The notes under the pieces: model-generated
What the model was told of the DNA's origin: nothing
Database searches by the model: none
The model's input: only the letters and a program-made list of their open reading frames with translations
Made by a program: the position numbers and the translations under genes
Shown here: positions 54,401 to 63,400 of the stretch, in pieces
Numbering within the stretch: position 1 is the stretch's first letter
Layout: every line of letters starts with the position of its first letter
Source of the DNA: Paraspadella gotoi
Taxonomy: Eukaryota; Animalia; Chaetognatha
Length of the DNA stretch: 64,000 nt
Direction of reading: 5' to 3'
Assembly (NCBI GenBank): GCA_051294375.1
Contig: CM119268.1
Coordinates: 981,218 to 1,045,217 of the forward strand

Positions 54401-57400
54401 TTAATAAATTTTACTTTATATTAGATTTAATTACATTCTTTTTATACAGTATATTCTTTTATAATGTAATGGGGAAAGGGATGTTAGTGTTGTCTTCTGG
54501 AAATAGAGGGAGCATCTATACAACATATATAATGTATAATTATATATATGTATATATCATCAATTCTTTTGTTTTTTTGAGGTCAAAACTAAAATTCAAT
54601 GTCAAACTTAATAACTTGTTCCTTTGTTTCTGGATTTTTAATTTCTCGAGGTCATCCTCGATCATTTTTATTTTCTCAAGGACGTCCCATATCATTTTTA
54701 TTTTCTCAAGGACGTCCCATATTATTTTTATTTTCTCAAGGACGTCCCATATTATCTTTTATTTTCTCAAGGTCTTCCCATATCATTTTTATTTTTCAAG
54801 GTCGTCCCATATCATTTTTTATTTCTCAAGTCGTCCCATATCATTTTATTCTCAAGGTCATCCCATATCATTTTTATTTTCTTCAAGGTCTCCCATATCA
54901 TTTTTATTTTTTCAAGGTCATCCCATATCATTTTTATTTTTTCAAGGTCATCCCATATCATTTTTATTTTTTCAAGGTCATCCCATATCATTTTTATTTT
55001 TTCAAGGTCATCCCATATCATTTTTATTTTTCAAGGTCATCCCATATCATTTTTATTTTTCAAGGTCATCCCATATCATTTTTTTTTCTCAAGGTCGTCC
55101 CATATCATTTTTATTTTTTCAAGGTCGATCCATATCATTTTTATTTTTTTCAAGGTCATCCCATATCATTTTTATTTCTCAAGGTCATCCCATATCATTT
55201 TTATTTCTCAAGGTCATCCATATCATTTTTATTTTCTCAAGGTCATCCCATATCATTTATTTTCTCAAGGTCATCCCATATCACGGACTCGGACGATTCG
55301 AACCTTCACTTTCAACCATCCTCCTTTGGCGTCGTTTCGGGTGAGAACGAAAAATATTATTTGGCAAAAAATGAAGATTATAATAAGTAATTTGCAAATT
55401 TTACTTGAAAAAATGAAAATAATGTTGAGAATGACACTTATGATGTTGAGAATGACATTTATGATGTTGAGAATGACACTTAGCAAAAATTAACACCATT
55501 TGGAAAAATGACGATGATTATTATTATAATGGTAATGATTAGCAAACTTATCAAAAATATGCCTTAAAAAATAAAACAAAACCTTTAATGAAAACTGAAA
55601 AAAAAATTAAAACTAAAAATTACGATTAAATTGCAAATGCGTTTAAATTGCAAATGCGATTAAATTGCATATGCGATTAAATTGCAAAAGCAATTAAATT
55701 GCAAAGGCGATTAAATTGCAAAGGCAATTAAATTGCAAAGGCGATTAAATTGCAAAGGCAATTAAATTGCAAAGGCGATTAAATTGCAAAGGAAATTAAA
55801 TAGCAAAGGCGATTAAATTGCAAAGACAATTAAATTGCAAAGGCAATTAAATTGCAAATGCGATTAAATTGCAAATTGATTCGAAGATACTTTCGAAGAA
55901 ACTGAGAGAAAAAAAAGATTTTTTTTCAATTTTAGGTGAAGCCTTAAAAAAAAAAACAAAAAAAAACAAAAAAAAAACAATGCCTCTGTGGTTTTTTTTT
56001 ACGATCAGAGAAAACGGAAACCTTTTGTTTCAACTTTTTTTTATCGAGATTTAGGGATTACAGGGAAATTGTATACTTAGTTTACAAAAATAGAAACCCC
56101 CCACAAAAAATATAAAAAAATCATTATTTTTTGATTTTGTGGCTCGAAACAAAGTGCGTCGTATTGTCAAGTTCGATTTAATGTTCGTGGATATTTTGAA
56201 CTTTTCCCCCCAAAACGAAATTCATATTTTATCAAACTTTTAATCAGGCGAACTTTCTTCGACGCCCAGCGACGGCGAACCGTCGGGCGGATCTCACCCT
56301 CACCTCTGCCCTTACCCGAGCCTGACCCCGAATCAGGCGGCCCGCGTCACCTACCCTCTCGTGGCCAACCAGGCGGCGGCGTCCTCCACGCCGCTTCACG
56401 AACCCGCCGCCTCGACCAATCAGCTTCATCAGCCCTCGACCAATCAGCTTCATCAGCCCTCGACCAATCAACTTCACCATTCGCTGTCGTCCTCGGCCAA
56501 TCAGCAGCTTACTTTCCTTCACTTTTCCCCTCACCTCACTCAATCTTCGCCCGGAGTGCCTCCGTCACAAATTCAGTCGATCAGGTTAATGAGACAGATT
56601 TGGGTAAGTTTGGTAAGTTTAAATATCAACCCAATCTATCCCAATTTATTCCAGAACCATTCCGAATCGTAATCCCCCTCCATACCCCGGCACCGCTGGA
56701 GGGGGCCACGTTTCCTCTTCCGCCAATCACATCGCGTCCTCAAATCACGTGCCGCCTTTGACCAATCAGGGAGCTTCGATTCAAGTCGGCGGAGCTCTCA
56801 TGAATATCGGAAATGGCCTTTCCAACGGGTGAGGAAATATTTCTTTTATTTATCCTCGTACGATTATTTGACTGCAATAAAATAGTAAAATATAATACTC
56901 AAATTACCTAATATTTTAAGTACGAGATTTCTCCCTCAGCTTCGAAGACGTCCGGCTGCTCGGCTCGAGCGTAACCGCCGGCGCCACCGGCTACGTACCC
57001 ATTATTCATTCCGGCGCCGGTTTCGTCGCCGCCCCTCACGCCGCCTACGACGCCCCTCACGCCGGCGCTCTCTTGCCGAGAGTCGGGGATCGGCCGGCGT
57101 CGCTCATAATCCAACCGACGTTTTTGAAGGCCGATAATCGGCACCGACAAACTCTGCCGGATTTGCAGAGCCAAGGTAAAAAAAGGAAATTTTGAATAAA
57201 CAATCTTTTATGTCAACAGCCGAGTTGCCTGTGATGTCCATTGGGATGGTGCATCTCACTGTTGGCTTTGGGGGCTTCCGACCCTCAGTGACGCCTTCAT
57301 CACTGGCGCGAGTACCCTAGGACGGTCTCGCTTTGCCAACACAGATGGAAGTCGTTAGGAATTGGAAGGAAAGCAACGCTTGGGATGTGTGTTCCCCCTT

Positions 57401-60400
57401 CGAGCAATGGATAACGATGGTGGATGTGAGGCGGTGTGAATATACCGCCACGCTTTAAAACTTATTTTTGAAAATTTATTCAAGGAAAAATTGACTTATA
57501 TTTGATTTAGATTAAATTTCCCTTTACACGGTTATTTTGATATGAGGAAAAAAGATAATCTCAATCTACTCAAAATCTGACTTTAGACAGACTTTGGAGG
57601 TTTAAGACCTCCATCACTCATACAAGATAATGACATAGCGGATCCTTGCAATCTTTTATTCGAGACTCTTTCACAGACTCGTTTATTCACTCCCAGAGTA
57701 TATTATCTTCACTCAAAATAAAATCTAAAAATTAAATCTTCCCCTCGTCACGTGTCAGGTCTTCCTCGCGAATACACCCAAAGCGAATCGATGCTTCAAG
57801 AAGCCTTCCTTCACCAAAGCCCCGGCCTCGTCGTCGGAGGCCACGCCCCCTTGGAGGCCAATCTCGATTTCGGACGAGACTTCCCAGGCGATCCAGGCGT
57901 GGCTCTCTCCCCTCGCGACGATCCCCAAACTCGCCTTCAAGGAACTCAAGCTCAGCCTCGACCAGCCCATTTGCAACCTCACCTTCAGCGTCAGAACGCC
58001 CCATTCTGCGCGCCCCGTGGCGGCGGCGTCGTCGCCAGTTACAGCGTCCCGGACCTTCACAGCGCCGCCTTGCGTCCGAAAGACGAGGTGGACGAAGACC
58101 GGACGCGGACGTCGCGTCACAAGAGCGTCACGCGGTTGACGGTAAGATTAGTATTGGGGGGGGAATTTTTATAAAAGGTTGTAAAACTTAAGATTGGGTC
58201 AAGTCTCAATTTATTTTTAAAAAAGTCACAAAGATATCTCCAAAGAACATTAAATTAAAAGAAAATTTCACAAGATTTCTCATAATTTATGTCCTGTCGA
58301 TCCTTTCCAGAACGAAGAGGAAGATCACATATACGACACTCCACCGGACGCCTCGTTCGATTCCCGCCAATCGCCACGCCCCCCGGGCATCCCTCCCTCC
58401 GCGTCGCAACCCCTCGCCCACTCCTCCCATCCCCAACAACCCCGCCTTCCACAGCCCGCCAACCTCCTCGATCAAAGACAAAGACTGGAGGCGAATCCCG
58501 GCGCCGAGAATCTCAACCATCTCCTCGAGAACTTGTCCGCGATCGGCGTCGACGACGGCGTTGGCGTCGTCGGCGACCGACTCGAAGGTTGGCCGGATGC
58601 CTGCCTCTCGTCTCCTAACGGCCTCGTCGACGGTCGCGACTCAACCGCCTCGAACCAAGCCTTCCGCGTCCACGAGACTCTCGGCGATGCCGACTTTTTC
58701 GATCCCCGGGCGCCGGCGAAGCCTCCGCGTCTCGGCGTCGACAATGAAGACGCGTTGGGCGCCATCGAGAATCCCCTCTACAGCAGCGACGACGACGACG
58801 TCGTTGTGGGCGTGTCTCGGCGGACGAACGGCGACCGACATCGAAGTTCCGGCGCCAAGACGGAAGGGGATTCCGGACTGGAGGTCGACGCCCACATCAG
58901 CTACGCTGCGCCGTCTTCGGGCGACCCGGCGTCAATGATTGGGCAGTTGTGCCGAGGAGAACCCGCAGAGAGGCTGGAACTCTTGCTCGCGGGAGGGAAG
59001 GAAAAGTTGGAAGAAAAACCCGGTGAGTTGAATTGAAAATGGGGGGGGGGTGAGGAAATGTGAAGGTCTAACTCTATTTATGTACGACGTTTGTAGGACA
59101 TGGTACCGCGACATAAGTAATAAGTATTCGTATAATATTACATACAATTATAAAAAATATTAAAAATATGCATTATCTTTCGTGCATAAACAATAAACAT
59201 CATAAACCGAAGAGAGGCTATTGACTATAGTATTCTCGCATTGCTAAATGTCATAATAATTCTGTTTCTTAGAAAAGAAACATTTTTTATTCTAAACTTG
59301 ACGTTATTTCGCTATTATTGATAAAATAACACGCCGCTAAAGATAAAAATGAGGCAATTATTCTTGGCAAATTCGAGGTTTTTAATTCCAGCCCGTCTAA
59401 AAATCCTTCAGCTCGCGTTTCCCCGACGGGCGATTCGTCCGTCTCGCCGAACGATTCCCTCGGTTCGCCAGACGACCAAGAAAAGTCAGTCATCAGTCAA
59501 GAGACGGGCTACCAGACGGACTCGGAGAAGGGCGACCCGTCCTCCTGTCATCGGGGGCCGAGGCAGCAACCGCCTCAGCCGCAGCAGCGCAAGAAGAAGG
59601 CCGCTCGATCGAGGGAGCAGCCGGAGACGATAGCGACGACGACTGCTTCGTCGTCGTCATCGTCGTCGCCGGACAAACTGCAGAGTTGCAAGTCGTCGCC
59701 GTCGTCGTCGCACTCGAAAGCGTTAAACCAATTGCAAGCGGTTTTGAGTAAGTCTATTTGTTTGTTTGTTTGTTTCTTTGTTTGTTTATAAACTCATTTG
59801 TTGAAAAATTTGTTTGATAAATTATGAACAAGTATATAGGTATTTTTTTCAATAATTAAATATCGCATTGAAGGAGCGAATTAACCAATAAACATTAAAC
59901 AGAAAACAAACAATTGATTCAATGTTCATTTGTTCCCCGCTTCATTCCCCTTCTCTCCGCCAGACGCCGCCGACGGTCCCGGCGATTCCTCCTCGGACGA
60001 AGCCACGTCGGCCGCCGTCGCAACGCCGTCTCCGACCGGCGCCCGCCACGCTCCCGGAGGTCGCGCCGCTCCGCCGCTGCCGCTGCGGCGACGCGACGCC
60101 GACAACGAAACGATTCAATGTCTCGATCTCTCGAAAATCGACGAACTTTACGGCGTCAATGGACAAGCCGCCATGGGCGCCGGTGATCCTAGCGCGACGC
60201 CGCCGACGACGACGCCGCCGCCGCCTAGAAACAGTCTCCCCACGTTGGACGGAGCAGATTCGCCAGGGAGCGAGCCGAGGGAATCTCCTCGTAGCGAAAT
60301 TAGGAACACGGGTAGGGAAAAGGGGCAGAATCTGGGAAATGGCGGGGCTATGGCAACGGGGAGACATGTGTGATGCCGACTGGTGGCGCTCAGGGCTTTG

Positions 60401-63400
60401 GACCTGCAGTGACCAACCCACGTCACTGGCGTGCTCATACCGGCACCATCACACTTGACCGTGAGGGGATTAAAGCCGGAACTAACGGTTGGTAAGCGAG
60501 TAGTTTGCTGTCCAAGGTAATGAGACAAGCTGGGTTTTACCAATCTATACGAGAGGAGAATTCAGGATTCGCCCCAGTGGTTCCGATTGTTTTTGTAAAT
60601 CTCGGTCCCTTAATTCTTGATATTTCGATTCCTCCTCTTTTTCTTTCTTTTATTCGTTCTTTTCTTTCCTTTCTTTTAATTTAATACCACTTGTTTACTT
60701 TCCCCTTTATCCAGTTTCGTCTCCCGCCATGTTGAACCAAAGCGCTGAGATCGAAAGCGTCGGGTCTTCTCCCTCGGCCGGGGGCGGCGCTGGCGTCGAC
60801 GGCGAAAAAGAATCGCGTCGTCATGACAACGAGAGAAACGACAAACGCGACACGGCCTACGGGACGGACGAGGAGCGGGAGGAGGAGGAGGAGGAGGAGG
60901 AAGAGAACGGGAAAAGTTACAGGTGAGTCTTATTGCTATTTTGGAGTAATTAATTAGTTGCGCCGCGAGTACTCGCGGAGCAACTCTATGAGTGACTTTT
61001 CGGTCGGTCTGTCTGTATGTTTGTCCGTCCGTCTGTCTATCTTACGTTAAAAATGCACATAATTTGCCTATAGTTGCTCATTTGTTAAGACAGAAAAAAC
61101 CTCAAATCTAAGGGACTGCTAGCGCCGCCTTCAGGAAATACTAAAACTATAAAGAATGAAAGACGCAATTCCGATGCAGTTCGCGTCATAATTATTGGTA
61201 GTCATGTCGCGTCATGTCATGTCATGTCCTGTCACGAGAAATACACGTTAAAATAAAGTCACTGCGGCGCAACACATCGGATGTACTGATCTTGTTTTTC
61301 TTTTAATCGTGTCTTTTATTTTTTTTCCACAATTTGGGTTTTTATTGTCAATCAGTGATTCAGTATAATTTTTATCTGGGAAGGTCCCGCCAATTTAATC
61401 GGCACCGAAATGACGTACCACAAAACTCTTTTGATAAAGAACAATACTAATTGCTCTGACAATAAAAAAAATAAAATCGAATTAAACCATTACGTCATAA
61501 CGTGTGACAGTCGGAATCCGAAGGCGGATAAAATAAACTAAAAAAACTCGATTCCAACTCGATAACCAGTTTCTATCGCTGAATAAAATCCACTTAAATT
61601 AATCGGTTTCGAAATTTTTAAACGTTTCGTTTTTCGCTACTTTTGCGATATTTGCAGTTGGGGTCCGATGAAGATGGCGGCGATGAACGGTTTAGCGCTG
61701 ACGACGCCAGAGGCGCTCTCGGTCTTGTCGGGGCCGGACAAAAGAGCGCCGCCGACGGACGAAAGAATTCGGGAGTTGGAAAATAAAATCAAAGGGGGAC
61801 AGGTGAGCAAACTTATCTAAGGAAAGGATTATACTCTTGCAAGGAAGAATCAGAATGTCTTGATCGTGGCGTTTTTAATGATTTTTCCGAGTTTTTGTTT
61901 TGTTTTTTTTTTGGTCCGTTTATCAATCTACGAGTTTGAAGAGACAGTAATAATTGTTATGAGTTAGTGACAGAAGCGTTCAATATAACGTTGACGTTTA
62001 GTTGAACGTTTTGATGATAAGATCGTCGCTCTTAACTTTTGAACGCGTTGGTGGATTTTAGTCCACCATAAGTTTTACTTACTTTTTGCCTCTTCACTTT
62101 CACTCTTCACTTGTCGGCATTTTCATTTTTTACTTCCTATAATTCATATTTTCTCTCACTTTAACTTACACTTTAAACTCTCGTCTTTTTCCCTAATCAC
62201 TTTCACCGATTTCCCCCCCCTTCCCCCCCCCCCTTTCTCCGCACCCCAGGTCTTCGCGGAGTTCGAGAAGATCCCGCGAAAGAGACCCAACATGTTGATG
62301 GACGTGACGACGGCGTCGGCGGAGGAGAACGAGTCACGGAATCGCTTCAAGGACGTCCTGCCCTACGAGGACACGAGAGTCAAACTCAAACCGACGGGCA
62401 GCAACCCGGCCGGCTACGTCAATGCCTCGCACATTCAAGTAACGGAGTTTATAGGGCGGTCTATTAGTCGGTTTGAATAATTTTGCTTTCTTTTAAGTCA
62501 TACCGAATATGATTTGATTAAAGTTGATATTGCACTATGACTAGTAATTAAACAAAACCAAATAAACAAGATTTTATGGCTGCGTTTCAAAAAAAAAAAA
62601 TATATATATATATATAATTATTAATTATAAATATTTTTCAAATTATCAATATTTGAGGCGGAATAAAAAATCTAATTAACTTTTTATTAAATTTAATCAA
62701 ATCAAATATATATTTATTATTATTAAATTCAGGTTCAGTACCAGGACGTGTCCTTGCGCTACATCGCGGCACAAGCCCCGATGGGCAACACGGTGGCGTC
62801 GTGGTGGGCGCTCATTTGGGAGAACGACGTCAGGATCATCGCCATGTTGACCGACGTCGGGGGTCAGAGGTAAAGGAGGGCCCCCACTATAGGGTGGATG
62901 ACGGAAAATATCACAGGGCCTCGCTATCGAGACAGAACGACTGTAGGGTTGGTGATAAACGCGATTAAGGGAAGGGCAAAGGTCACAGGGTTGAGAATTA
63001 GGGGGGGGTTCAAACTTCATAGTTAGGAAGTGGAAGTCGTATTTCACCGTTTCAGTGTGTGGAAGGCCTTATTGGAATTGTAAAAGTTTAAACTGTCAAA
63101 GTTGTAAAACAAGGTTGGCCGATAATTAAAATTCGAGCAAGAGAGCGGCGTCGTAGCTCGGTTTCGCTTAATCCTCACCCCGTCCGCAGCCCGTCGACTT
63201 ACTCCGCTAAACCCACCAAACCGACCTCGCCTATTGGATCGAGCAGAAGCTTTCCTTACTTTCCCGATACCGTAGGGAACAAGAGCAAGTTGAAGTTCGG
63301 AGAAGTAAGTTAACATTAACCTAAGAAAATTGAAATATAAACTTGGAAATAATCCTGCTATTTTTCCCACAGTTCCATGTGTCTCTCCAACTGTGCAACG

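Noticed and set aside
54640-55876. Regular 30-bp and 17-bp repeats as a possible CRISPR array
   Set aside because: Head-to-tail units with no unique spacers, no cas genes, and a eukaryotic intron context.
57732-60543. Minus-strand and alternate-frame ORFs over GC-rich exons
   Set aside because: Shadows of the + strand PTP linker exons.
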